Shown piece by piece: positions 1-9,972 of a stretch of 64,000 nucleotides of DNA (position 1 is the first letter of the stretch; every line of letters begins with the position of its first letter). A program made the position numbers and the translations under genes. The DNA comes from Euglena gracilis (lineage: Eukaryota). The DNA lies in NCBI GenBank assembly GCA_039621445.1, contig CP154954.1, positions 30,074,395-30,138,394 of the forward strand, read 5' to 3'. The notes beneath the pieces were generated by a model, which saw nothing but the letters and a program-made list of their open reading frames with translations, did not search any database and had not been told where the DNA came from.

Positions 1-325
1 TTAATTAGTAAAATATATATTATGATTATTATTATATAGATTGCAAGAACCCTGCGTGAAGGAAAAAGTGTTGTGAGGAACCTGGGTGTTCGAGTGGGCT
101 ATTCTCAGGGTGATGGTATTTCCCAATCCTAACTAGTCTGAAAATTTAGCGCGCCAGACTCGGAAAATTTGGTTTTCACGGCCAAAAGGGTCAAAATCCG
201 GTTTCGAGCTTCAAAGGCCGACCCCCAGATCCCTGTGCGAAGTTCAAATTCACCTTAAATCCAAAAAAAATCAGATGTTTAGGGATTTTGGACCGTACTA
301 AGACAATTTCTGGTCAAATTGTTGG

Positions 326-676
326 TTAGGACCCATTTACACCGTAGCCCCGCCTGAACACATTGTGCGCTCTGGATTTTTGGCCCCGATGGGTTTGGTT
401 ACAATGGCCTGCTGGTTGTTGTCTCTTCCCCTTACGGGGTCGTCTGACCACTGCCAGGTCCGTGCACCACTTTGGTGGGTTTGTTTGGTTGTGGAAATTT
501 CTTTTGATGAAGGGGCAGCCACAGTTTGCCACAGTCGACCGGTGTCATCAGGTTTTCCAGCCGCAGCTGCTCCCTCTTGAAAGTCTCTGGCGCTGTTCGT
601 CTTGGAAATTGCATCTTTCAGATACCTCAGCAAGTTTTTGCACGAGCATCTGTTTTTGAATAATTCGAATTGATTG
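326..676 (-). pseudogene. Probable 5' (gag-like) fragment of another DIRS copy
   Basis: Weak peptide similarity (KREQLRLENL vs KKRQLENLEM) and the same composition as the 5' regions of the other DIRS copies. Confidence 0.35.
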
Positions 677-1030
677 TCGGACTCCCACGACACAGGAAGG
701 GGGAGGAAGTGACCATGAGGGCGAAGCACAAGAAGATGGTGAGCCCAACCCCCCCACCCAAAAAATCAGCAAAAAAGGAAAAACATCCCGACCAGTGGGG
801 TACGATCAACAGACAATGCAGGTCTGGGTTTACAATTAATCTCTGAACCCACTGGGGAATGATGCTCCAGGGGGGGTTTGCATAAACTGGGGGGAGATCC
901 CTCAAGTCTGCCCTTAAGGCATCCACCAGCAAAGCCCCTTGGGGGGTATCGACAAACGACCTTGGGGAATTTTTTGTTGCTGGGTGTGCAAAACATGTCC
1001 ACCTCTGGGGTTATGTCCTTTCTGAGAAAT
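627..1030 (-). pseudogene. Dam-like N6-adenine methyltransferase domain of the DIRS pol, frameshifted
   Basis: ITPEVDMFCTPSNKKF ... DALRADL ... VYANPPWSII ... LLIVPHW, split across ORFs 766-1314 and 627-932. NPPW is the amino-methyltransferase catalytic motif. Confidence 0.8.
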
Positions 1031-3826
1031 TGCAGACTTTGTGAAAGATGTTTAGGTTTAGGGTATAATCCCCTGGGTCCTTTTGCTCCCTGGTTAGGGA
1101 GTCTGCCAATTGCTCCTTTGTTGGAACCCAAACCACCTGCAAGTTGATTTGCTTCTCCTGGCAATGATACAGCAGGGGTTTTAAGATAGATTGAGGTAGG
1201 GCCTTTGCCTCCCCACTTTGTGAAATAACTTACAGCCACCTGGCTGTCCACATGAAGCACAATTGTTTGCTTTGGCTTGGCCAGTGCTTTTACAGTTTCC
1301 ACTGCAGCCTGCAACTCTTTTTGGTTGAATTAAGGAGATGCAGGTTCCCCCAACAATCCTGTACCTTTTTACCTGAATCTTTGTCCAGCCCCCCCCATTT
1401 CCAGGTGCTGCTGTCTGAAAAGAGTTCCTGAGAGGCCTGGGATTGAAATGCCCTGCCAAACCCTGGCTGTAAAAATGTTTTCAACTCCACAATTTGATCT
1501 TTGACCCCCTGGGGAATTATCAGGGTGTGGTCCCAACCCCACTTGGTGTGCAAATCCACCATTTTGCAAAGTTGATCTGTCAGAATTCTGAGAAATGGCA
1601 TGGAGACTAAAAAGCTTCTGACCTGCCCAACAATAGAACTGAGTTTTTTTGCAGCTCATTTTTTGTGCTGTGAGCACCTTCCCTAGCTGCTTTCTTAAGG
1701 ATTTTAATTTTTCCTGAGGAATTTCCAGTTGGCATTTTTTCAAATTGATACACTGGCCCAAATGCCTTATTTCCTGTGTGGATTCCAAACAGGATTTGGG
1801 AAGGTTTAATCTGAACCCTGCCAGTAAAAGGTCCTGTTTTATTTCTGCCAAATGCTGGGCTGCTGTCTTTTTGCTGGGGGTAACAGCAAAATGTCGTCCA
1901 GGTCGATGAAAACTACCTTTCCCTCCTTTCTCCATTTCCTTTCCCAGACTCTCATGAGAGTCATAAATTTTTGTGGAATCCTGCTGATGCCAAAGCATGC
2001 AGCTTGAAACTGCCAGTCCCCCCCCCCCACTTGCATGCAAACATATTTTTCTAAGCTGCTGTGCAGCTTTAGGTGAAAATAAGCATCTTTCAGATCAATT
2101 TTCCCACAAAAACAACCTTTTCTTAAATATGGGAAGATATTTCCCATGTGTTCTAGTCTGACCTTCTGGGCGGTGAAGTGGAGATTTACCTGTCGACAAT
2201 CTGAAATTAGTATTTCCTTTGTCTTTTCCCCTTCCTTTTTGGAAATTATAAAATAAGGGGCAAAATTTGTTGCCTCCTCTGGGGTGATTTGCCTGGTTGC
2301 CCCTGCACAATCGTATTCTCTCAGAACGTTCTGGGCAGTCATTACTTCTTGAGGAGTTTTGAAGGGAACTTTTAAGGACATCTGAGGGGGGAGGGGAAGA
2401 TCTGCTATAACCCCCTCCCTTATCAGGTTTAATACCACTCTGCTGGCTCCTACCTTGGCCCAAAGGGGAATGCTGGCCTGCAGGGCCTTGTAAGGGGGCA
2501 CCCCTGGGTGTAATGTGTCTGGGGATTCCATAAGGCCCATCACTGGGGTCCTTCCCCCTGGCTGCCCCATCACCGGGGCCACCTCTGGCTGCCCCATCAC
2601 TGGGGCTACAGCTGGCCCTGCCATAGGGCTTCCCAAACACAGGCATTCCCCCAGTTTTCGAATGATGGGGGAAGGTCTGTGTCTGCGGTGGGGAGGTACA
2701 TATAATGCTGGGCTGATTATCTTCTGGGGGGGCCTGTCTGAGCCAATCTTGGTCCTCCACCCCAAGGCCTGTGTGGATGGTCTTGAATGCATTGGCCTGT
2801 ATTGGCTTTTAGGGCCATGTGGCCCCCACTGGCCCTCAGGCCTGTCTGGTCTCCATTGGCCCTCTCTCGACGACTTCTCTGCGCTTTTCTCTGTCCCCTG
2901 TCCTGGCATGGGCTTGCTGCCCCTGGGGAGTTTGTTTTTGAGGATGCTGGGGGAAAGTTGGACATACCTTTCCCCAGTGGGATCTTTCCAGATTGGGATG
3001 CTGGCTGCCATAGCCTTGCCCCTGTGCCCACTGCCCTCTTGAATGATGGCTGCCATAGCCTAAAATCTGGGCCCCAGGCCCTGTTGAATAATGGCTGCCA
3101 TAGCCTTAATTTTGACTTGAATCCCTTGGATTTCTGATATTTCTTGAAAGGCTGCCATAGCCCTTGCCTAGTCCTCTGGAAGGAGGGGAGCAGAAAAAAG
3201 GAGGTGGAGTCTGTTGAACCCGTGGTGATATGTCTTCTTGCCTTCTTGACCACATTTGTCCATGGTCCATGGCCATCATCATTTTGAGTGGGGGATTTTG
3301 AAATGTTTGATGAATTGGGGGGTGGAAGGGTTGCGATGGCCACGGACTGATGTGCCGCCGCCGCCTCTCCAGCTTCTGCAGCAGCTGCTGTGCCACCACC
3401 TTTCCCAGCTTCTGCTGCCCTTTGGGAAGTTCGTTGAAGTTCTTCTTGGCAGTCTGAAGTTCTTTGAAATTCATTCTTCATGGAAGTCCAGTTGTTGATC
3501 TTTGTCCTAGCAGTCGCAATACTTCTGTGAATAATTCGAGTTGAACTCGAAGAGTTGAATTCTTTCTCCAGGGAGTTGAAGGTCCGAAAAAAGTTCGTTC
3601 CACCAGTTGATAAAAGCTTCGTGAATGGAAAATCCTCGTAAAATAATTCCAGTTGACCTCGTGGGAGTAAAAATCTTTCTCTTTGAGGTCGACGGGCAGA
3701 GTTAGGAATCAGCCTCCGGCAACAAAAAGCAGTGAGAAGCACCCCCCGCGCACACACAAACACAGAACAGAATGGCCGGCATGGAAAGCAGGACCTCACC
3801 ATCTCGCAGTGCGGAGCCCGAATGTC
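678..3826 (-). mobile_element. Decayed DIRS1-like retrotransposon (gag-like, RT, RNase H, methyltransferase; YR missing)
   Basis: Frameshifted minus-strand ORFs carry RT motifs (KIDLKDAYFHL in 1839-3056; FIDLDDILL in 1369-2040), RNase H (SDSSTWKWGG, HVDSQV) and MT (DMFCTPSNKK, YANPPW). Its 5' end at about 3826 (gacattcgggctccgcact) resembles the left end of the intact DIRS at 4131. Positions 678-745 resemble the ICR/right-extension sequence. Confidence 0.85.
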
Positions 3827-3974
3827 CGCTTTCCCGTCCAATTTACAAGGTATTTGATGCTCCTGTATTTCGGGTGTCGAAAGAAAAGTTATGTGTCAGC
3901 CCACGAGAAAGGCCGTTCTTTCCTGCCTTGGCTCGGGATTTGTTGAACAAGCCATCAGCGACTGAGTTCAAAAT

Positions 3975-4029
3975 TTAGCCGCTTCAAGCCGGATCATATC
4001 CAGCACATTCTTCTGGGGGGGAAACAGGG
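3975..4029 (+). pseudogene. Left piece of a decayed DIRS RT split by the LTR element
   Basis: ggatcatatccagcacatt matches 5843-5861 (LDHIQHIF) of the intact RT, and the homology resumes at 17921. Confidence 0.8.
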
Positions 4030-4128
4030 TGTTAACGCGGGACGCCCACCCCGTGTCCGCCCCCCCGAGGGGGAACCCGGGATGGGCCTCCGGCGGCGTA
4101 GGATCTTTATTCCCCACCTCAGTTTCAG

Positions 4129-4257
4129 GAGACACCTCGGGCTCCGCACTTTGCCCTTGTGAGGCCATGCCTTGCTCGCCGGCGGTGTTGTTTGGATTGT
4201 TTGCTGCGTTGGGTTAGGAGTCCCTGCTTAGTGCCTTTCTTCGCCGGAGTTGGCTGA
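4129..4257 (+). repeat. DIRS left terminus: left extension (4129-4154) plus left ITR (4155-4257)
   Basis: 4155-4257 is the reverse complement of 8578-8678 apart from one small internal difference. 4129-4168 is complementary to the first half of the ICR. Confidence 0.92.
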
Positions 4258-4411
4258 TTCCTAATCTTGCCCTTCGACACGGAAGAAGACAGAAACTTTC
4301 AAAGAACAGAGTTGGAAGAGATCAAAAGAACACAATATCAATATTCAGAACCTGTAGAACCTGCAGAATATCAAATTCAAGAAATTATTTCAACTTTGAC
4401 ATTGGAAGTCA

Positions 4412-7066
4412 ATGCAGAATGTGGAGAACGAATTGGAATTATCAAGTCGACAACCTGGACAAAGTGCAGAACAAGAAGCGCCAGCTGGAGAACTTGGAGA
4501 TGCGGTTTCAACGTGGCGAACCGTGGCCATCACTTCCCCACCACACATCTCAGCAGAACAAATTTTTCAGCAGCAGACAACCACACACAGTGATGGCCAT
4601 GGACCCTGGCAAACAGTGGGCAAAAAGCCCAGGCGACAACGAAAGACATTGGGTACCCAGGGTCAAGACCCATCACATTTCAAATTGGGGTTCAAGAAAC
4701 CTGCAAGATTGGCAGGCCCAGCCCAGAGACCAAAAGCCCCAGCCCACAGGGCAAATGTCCCCAACCTATCAAGATGGAATCAGGGACAAGGGGGCCAGTC
4801 AAACATTGGGAAGCCAGCAAATGGCCCAGCAGGAAGGGGCAAAAAAGGTCTGTACCGACCAGCTTTTTCAAATTCAGCCCACAACCCCATTCCAGGGGGG
4901 AAGGGGGTGGCCCAGCAACAGGGCTCCCCCAGATTTCAATTGGGCATGGCAAGAAGCCAGAACTTACAGCCCCGGCCATGGAGGCCAGAACAAAGGGGGC
5001 TTGGGCCAAGATGGCCAATACAAGGGCTATGGCAGCCATACAAGGGGTGGACCTCCAGAGGCCCCCCAGAAGCTAAAGGGCAGCCCCCCAGGGGCTTTGT
5101 ATTTAACAAATGCCCAGCCCCAGGAGGAACAGGGGGAAGGGGAAGGACCCCCACAAGTATTTATTCATCAACCTTCAAATCTCCCAGTGAAATCAAGAAG
5201 GGGGGGACCCACAGAGGCCCCCCTATGGTATGGCTACCAACACCATCATCATCAAGGAGGCCTGATAGGCAAAACAGGGGCATTAAGCCCTATGGTATGC
5301 ATTCCAACAACAAGATGCTCCAGAGAGAGAGTGAGAAGAGAGGAGAGTGCATGCACACCCCCCCAAGAACATTTGCTTTTTCCAAGGGCTCAAGCCCTAG
5401 GGGCTATAGGGGCTGTGAAATGTCCAACACCCCCCACCCAGCCCCTAAACAATCATCTGATTCAGGAAATAAATTCCATGGAGGAAAAATGGGGAGATAC
5501 CCCCCTGTACCAGAGACTTCAGAAAAGTCTAAAATGGTGGTCAAAAAATGCCCCCCCAGCAACATGTCAATTAATCAAAAATGGAATTCAACCCCCCTGG
5601 GTAAATCCCCCAAAATTGTCCACACACCCAAAACCCAGGGCCAATCTGGACCTGAACCAGGCAGAAAAAATTCTGCTGGATTACGAAAAAACTGGGTCAA
5701 TAAAACGAGTTTGGGATTCAGAATCCCAACATTTAATCCCATGGTTTCTAATTTCGAAACCAGAGGGGGGAACAACAAAATGGAGAATGATCAGCGACTG
5801 CAGAGAAATAAATCAGCAGTTTCAAGTAAAACCTTTCAGGCTGGATCATATCCAGCACATTTTCCCAGTTTTGGAAAAAGGCCACTGGGCAGCAAAAATA
5901 GACCTGAAGGATGCCTATTTCCATATTCCATTAAGTCCAGGCCTAAGGCCATTTTTAAGGACTCAGGTAGGGGGGCAGACCTGGGAATTTCAAACAGGCT
6001 GCTTTGGGCTAAATGTAATGCCCCAAATTTTCATGTCAGTAATGAAGACATTCGAAAAACTGTGGAGAAAAAGGGGCATCCAGGTCTTTATTTACCTGGA
6101 CGACATTTTACTGGTGGCCCCCACCCAAAACATTTTGCAAAATCACCTGAACAGAGTTGTCAAAGATTTGCTGGATTCTGGGTTCAAAATCAATGTGAAA
6201 AAGTCTACCCTGCAGCCCACCCAAGTGGTAACCCACCTGGGTCTTCAACTGAACTTCCAGGAAGGAAAGTTACAAGTGCCCCCCCAGAAAGTCAAAACTA
6301 TAAAAAAGGAGCTGGGAAAAATCGTGAAAAAAGATTACATGTCAAAAAGGCAGTTGGCTGCCATTTTGGGTCAAATAAGATGCAATCTAATGGCCCTGCC
6401 CTTTTTAAGGGCTTTTACAGACACCCTGGCAAATTTTTTGGTGGCAAAGTCCACAGCCCCCTGGGACTCAAAACACCCCATTTCCCAGGAAATCAAGGCC
6501 CAATTAAGGGAAATAAAAACTCTATTGGACACCTGGGGGGGCAGACCCTTCACCCAAAATGCAACCAGAGAGTTGCACTCAGACAGCAGCACCCATGCCT
6601 GGGGGGGGCTGGACATCCACACAGGAGAAATTGTGCAGGAATTTTGGAGAAAAGACTCCATTTTACACATCAATGTAAAGGAGCTCAGTGCAGCTATAAA
6701 CACTGTGAAAAGTTTGAGCAAACCTGGAGAAACAGTTTCTTTGTCTGTGGACAACCAGGTAATCTACTATTACCTAACAAAAGGTGGGGGCAGAAAAGAC
6801 CCCTTCAACAAAATGCTAAGACCATTTTTCAAATGGTGCATGGAGCACCAAGTAAACCTCCAAGTCAACTGGGTGCCTTCAAAGGAATGCCTAGCAGACC
6901 CCATAAGCAGATGGGAAATGGACAGGGGGGATTATTCTTTAGACCCCCAACTTTTTCAATGGTTGAGACAGCAATTCCAAAATTTCATAAATCTGGAAAC
7001 AGATTTAGCAGGCAACAAAAAACTCCAAGTCATGGGAGACAGCACAGCAGTAAATGCATACAATGA
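4412..7066 (+). CDS. 884-codon ORF overlapping the RT ORF in another frame, possibly the N-terminal extension of YR
   Basis: No stop codon over 2.65 kb in the second frame. Long overlapping ORFs are typical of DIRS elements. Confidence 0.5.
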   Translation: MQNVENELELSSRQPGQSAEQEAPAGELGDAVSTWRTVAITSPPHISAEQIFQQQTTTHSDGHGPWQTVGKKPRRQRKTLGTQGQDPSHFKLGFKKPARLAGPAQRPKAPAHRANVPNLSRWNQGQGGQSNIGKPANGPAGRGKKGLYRPAFSNSAHNPIPGGKGVAQQQGSPRFQLGMARSQNLQPRPWRPEQRGLGPRWPIQGLWQPYKGWTSRGPPEAKGQPPRGFVFNKCPAPGGTGGRGRTPTSIYSSTFKSPSEIKKGGTHRGPPMVWLPTPSSSRRPDRQNRGIKPYGMHSNNKMLQRESEKRGECMHTPPRTFAFSKGSSPRGYRGCEMSNTPHPAPKQSSDSGNKFHGGKMGRYPPVPETSEKSKMVVKKCPPSNMSINQKWNSTPLGKSPKIVHTPKTQGQSGPEPGRKNSAGLRKNWVNKTSLGFRIPTFNPMVSNFETRGGNNKMENDQRLQRNKSAVSSKTFQAGSYPAHFPSFGKRPLGSKNRPEGCLFPYSIKSRPKAIFKDSGRGADLGISNRLLWAKCNAPNFHVSNEDIRKTVEKKGHPGLYLPGRHFTGGPHPKHFAKSPEQSCQRFAGFWVQNQCEKVYPAAHPSGNPPGSSTELPGRKVTSAPPESQNYKKGAGKNREKRLHVKKAVGCHFGSNKMQSNGPALFKGFYRHPGKFFGGKVHSPLGLKTPHFPGNQGPIKGNKNSIGHLGGQTLHPKCNQRVALRQQHPCLGGAGHPHRRNCAGILEKRLHFTHQCKGAQCSYKHCEKFEQTWRNSFFVCGQPGNLLLPNKRWGQKRPLQQNAKTIFQMVHGAPSKPPSQLGAFKGMPSRPHKQMGNGQGGLFFRPPTFSMVETAIPKFHKSGNRFSRQQKTPSHGRQHSSKCIQ

Positions 7067-7133
7067 CTGGAAAAACAGGGGGATCTTTATGACCCCCCCC
7101 AACAAAAAATTTGCCCAGGTTGAAAATGTTTAA
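4419..7133 (+). CDS. DIRS gag-like/RT/RNase H polyprotein with an eroded methyltransferase tail
   Basis: KWRMISDCR, KIDLKDAYFHIP, CFGLNVMP, YLDD (RT); SDSSTHAWGG, HINVKEL, VDNQV, ADPISR (RNase H). The true start is uncertain. Confidence 0.95.
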   Translation: MWRTNWNYQVDNLDKVQNKKRQLENLEMRFQRGEPWPSLPHHTSQQNKFFSSRQPHTVMAMDPGKQWAKSPGDNERHWVPRVKTHHISNWGSRNLQDWQAQPRDQKPQPTGQMSPTYQDGIRDKGASQTLGSQQMAQQEGAKKVCTDQLFQIQPTTPFQGGRGWPSNRAPPDFNWAWQEARTYSPGHGGQNKGGLGQDGQYKGYGSHTRGGPPEAPQKLKGSPPGALYLTNAQPQEEQGEGEGPPQVFIHQPSNLPVKSRRGGPTEAPLWYGYQHHHHQGGLIGKTGALSPMVCIPTTRCSRERVRREESACTPPQEHLLFPRAQALGAIGAVKCPTPPTQPLNNHLIQEINSMEEKWGDTPLYQRLQKSLKWWSKNAPPATCQLIKNGIQPPWVNPPKLSTHPKPRANLDLNQAEKILLDYEKTGSIKRVWDSESQHLIPWFLISKPEGGTTKWRMISDCREINQQFQVKPFRLDHIQHIFPVLEKGHWAAKIDLKDAYFHIPLSPGLRPFLRTQVGGQTWEFQTGCFGLNVMPQIFMSVMKTFEKLWRKRGIQVFIYLDDILLVAPTQNILQNHLNRVVKDLLDSGFKINVKKSTLQPTQVVTHLGLQLNFQEGKLQVPPQKVKTIKKELGKIVKKDYMSKRQLAAILGQIRCNLMALPFLRAFTDTLANFLVAKSTAPWDSKHPISQEIKAQLREIKTLLDTWGGRPFTQNATRELHSDSSTHAWGGLDIHTGEIVQEFWRKDSILHINVKELSAAINTVKSLSKPGETVSLSVDNQVIYYYLTKGGGRKDPFNKMLRPFFKWCMEHQVNLQVNWVPSKECLADPISRWEMDRGDYSLDPQLFQWLRQQFQNFINLETDLAGNKKLQVMGDSTAVNAYNDWKNRGIFMTPPNKKFAQVENV

Positions 7134-7338
7134 CCAATTTTGATCATACTGGACAGCACATGGTGGCCTTAAAAATGGTGCCGCACACCCACAGATGATG
7201 CAGATGACCCCTGGCCCCACTTGCAGTCCACAAATCACAAATTCATAAAACCTGTTTCCTGGGGCAGAAAAACAATGTTTTGATTGGTCCCCCCCTACTT
7301 TTCAATATGGGCCCCAATTTAAAAAAGTCCCAGACCAA

Positions 7339-8619
7339 ATGCCTGAAAATCACCCCCCAAGGGGGGTGGCCCACCAAATGAAATACAAAAAATACCCCCC
7401 CAGGTGGCTATTTCACCCCCAGGGGAACTCCACAATGGGGGGGAAGCAAAAAATTTTAAAAATTGAAGATTTCCTGGGGAGAAACCCCAGTTTAAAACGT
7501 TATCAGAGTGCTTTTGCACTTCTGTGGGTAATTTTGGAACACATGGGGGTGCCCCCCCCTGAAGCCACCACTGACCAAGTGGCTGACGCTTTAATACAAT
7601 TATTCCAATTTTCAAAGGCCCAAGCCCGTAATGCATACAGTGCAATGCTTTTGATTCCTGGGTTTGGTGGACTGAGATTCCACACCCTATTAACCCCCTA
7701 CAAGAGGCTTTGGAACCAAAATCTGGAGAAGTATGGGGCATTTTGGGATCCCCTCCCAATCCTCCTGGGGCTGGCCAAGGCCCCTATGCCCACTGATATT
7801 TGTACATTGCGTACCCAGCTGATTTTTTGCTCACGAGTTCTCTGTTTATATCGATCCTCTGACTTGGCACAAGTCAAACGAACCACCAGTGTGTTGGGTA
7901 GGGCACCCTACATCAAAATTAAGCGTAAAGGGCAAAAATTTCACAAGTGGGAGAGGGTTGTGTCCATACCCCAGTGTCCCCAAATAAGCCCATTTCATTT
8001 AATGATGTGTTATGTGGCTGCCACACGTTTATTCGTCAAACCTGGGGGCCCCCTCCTAATTTCATTAAAACCCCCCTTCAGAGCCATAAGTGCAGACACT
8101 GTTGCTTCTATCACAAAAGATTTTTTGGCCAAACATGGGGTGACTCCCCAGGTGTGGGGGGCCCACTCCACCAGAGGGGCAGGAGTTGGTTTACTGAAAA
8201 AATTGGGCCTTTCTGCCCAAGAAGTTTGTGAAATTGGCCAGTGGAGGGGGGTGGAGGCTTTTACAGCCCATTATCAACGACTGGGTGCCCAAGGTGCCCT
8301 GGAAAATGCCCTGGCCCCCCTAATTTCCGTGCACAATCTGGCCTCACAAGGGCAAAGTGCGGAGCCCGAGGTGTCTCGTACTCCCTCGAGGAAAACCGAC
8401 AAGGGAGGAAGGGACACCGAGGGCGAAGCACAAAGACCTTGTGAGCCCGACCCCCCCACCCGTAAAAGAAAATTTGTCTTCAAAAGCCCTCGGTCAGAGA
8501 GTGGGGGCCAGGGGGGGGAGAGGGGGGGGACCCCCCCCAAGGGCAAGAAGTCACGTCGCCAAGTCGGAGCAGCATCGTCAGCCAACTCCGGCGAGGCGGC
8601 ACTAAGCAGGGACTCCTAA
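7339..8619 (+). CDS. Tyrosine recombinase (DIRS YR)
   Basis: Catalytic residues in order: LYRSSDL (R), HSTR (HxxR), GQW, FTAHY (Y). Confidence 0.93.
   Translation: MPENHPPRGVAHQMKYKKYPPRWLFHPQGNSTMGGKQKILKIEDFLGRNPSLKRYQSAFALLWVILEHMGVPPPEATTDQVADALIQLFQFSKAQARNAYSAMLLIPGFGGLRFHTLLTPYKRLWNQNLEKYGAFWDPLPILLGLAKAPMPTDICTLRTQLIFCSRVLCLYRSSDLAQVKRTTSVLGRAPYIKIKRKGQKFHKWERVVSIPQCPQISPFHLMMCYVAATRLFVKPGGPLLISLKPPFRAISADTVASITKDFLAKHGVTPQVWGAHSTRGAGVGLLKKLGLSAQEVCEIGQWRGVEAFTAHYQRLGAQGALENALAPLISVHNLASQGQSAEPEVSRTPSRKTDKGGRDTEGEAQRPCEPDPPTRKRKFVFKSPRSESGGQGGERGGTPPKGKKSRRQVGAASSANSGEAALSRDS
8339..8445 (+). repeat. DIRS internal complementary region (ICR)
   Basis: It is the reverse complement of the right end joined to the left end through a single TCTC (8374-8377, i.e. 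GAGA). Confidence 0.95.
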
Positions 8620-8741
8620 CCCAACGCAGCAAACAATCCAAACAACACCGCCGGCGAGCAAGGCATGGCCTCACAAGGTCTTTGTGCTTCGCCCTCGGTG
8701 TCCCTTCCTCCCTTGTCGGTTTTCCTCGAGGGAGTACGAGA
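8578..8741 (+). repeat. DIRS right ITR (8578-8678) plus right extension (8679-8741)
   Basis: The ITR pairs with the left ITR. The extension pairs with the second half of the ICR. Confidence 0.92.
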
Positions 8742-9961
8742 TCCAACATAGACTCGATTCCCTTCGGGCTTCATGCATACCCCCCCTTGCATATCCCCAA
8801 ACATACCTGGGTCACTATCCTTTGCACCCTCGCCCTTTCTCGGTCTTGGGCCGCTTGCCACTCCCTTGCTTGTGCAACGTAAGGGGGCGGGGCCCCATAC
8901 CCCCCCCTTCCCCGGCTCCAACCCTTGCCTCTCCACATCTGAAAAAGAGGACATTTTCAGTAAAATTTTCAGTAAAATTGACTGAAAATCCTTGCGCTTT
9001 CCAAATTCTATATCCCCTTTTTTCCTTTGTAAAAAATTAGGCACAATACCTTGGGGGAGGGGACGGACGAAAGGTTCAAGGTTCGAGGTGGTGTTCGGTC
9101 TTCCCCTTAGGCAAACTTCAACTTCCGCTTTGTCGATTGTCTTGTCTTGACCAATGACAATGACTTTGACCAATGACAATGAATCAAACTCGCAGCCAAT
9201 AATGAATCAAACTCAGCCAATGGTGAATCAAACTCAGCCAAATAGATAAACAAAAACAATGGTAAATGGGAAACCCACTGTGGGAAAGAAATCAAAGGAA
9301 CACCACTTGCCATCAATGGGGGGAAAAAATCCTTTTTTTCTCCAACCACCTTCCAATCCATGGGGAGATGCCCAATGCACTTCTGCCACTCTCCCCCCTC
9401 TCCAAATGCATTCCTTCACCTTCCTACATTTGGACCTTGGAATTGGAAGTCAAAATTAAGGATACCCCACTGGTTAGGAAAGGAGCCCATCCAGACGCGC
9501 TTCGCATCCCCAGGGCCTTCTCCATTCCCAACCTTCCCCCCACCACCCCCCACGTTCTCTTCCATCCCCTACGAACTCAATGAATCCATCCACACACACT
9601 ATGGGCAACAACATGACATCTGCCTCCCTCATCCTCACCCAAGGGATAATCCCACACACTTCACGCCATTAGGGCTTGGGGGCAACAAGGGCCTCCTCCC
9701 AGGCCTTCATGGACTCCACCCGTGCCCCCCCCCCCCCGGACGCCCTTCCCTCAGGCGCTCGACGGGAACAACTCCTGGTGATCCAACCCACATTCACGCC
9801 AGGCAAACCTTCCCTTGGCATACAACCCAACAGGTCAAGCTGTCCAGGGGAAGAACAACAACAAAAACATACCACAGTACGCAAAGCGTCGCCGGCGAGT
9901 ATCTTTCCCCATCAATGGGGCCGCACTCCGGGCGCATGTGGGTTTCTCGGACCCCCCAACA

Positions 9962-9972
9962 CCCCCCTACTC
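9962..9972 (-). promoter_or_regulatory. Polypurine tract
   Basis: GAGTAGGGGGG immediately precedes the 3' LTR on the minus strand. Confidence 0.8.

Larger units (their letters stand above)
4129..8741 (+). mobile_element. Full-length DIRS1-type tyrosine-recombinase retrotransposon
   Basis: Inverted terminal repeats, internal complementary region, RT-RNaseH ORF, YR ORF, GAGA at both ends, and an empty site at 16698-16701. Confidence 0.96.
4030..9961 (-). repeat. 3' LTR (4030-4132 plus 8742-9961), interrupted by the DIRS element
   Basis: Near-identical to 16599-17920 once the DIRS is removed. Confidence 0.95.

Noticed and set aside
4419-7133. Bacterial retron, DGR or group II intron RT
   Set aside because: YLDD RT fused to RNase H and MT is DIRS-type. 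No ncRNA, template repeat or intron structure was seen.
7339-8619. Prophage or integron integrase interpretation of the tyrosine recombinase
   Set aside because: The context (RT-RNaseH, ITRs, ICR) is that of a eukaryotic DIRS retrotransposon.
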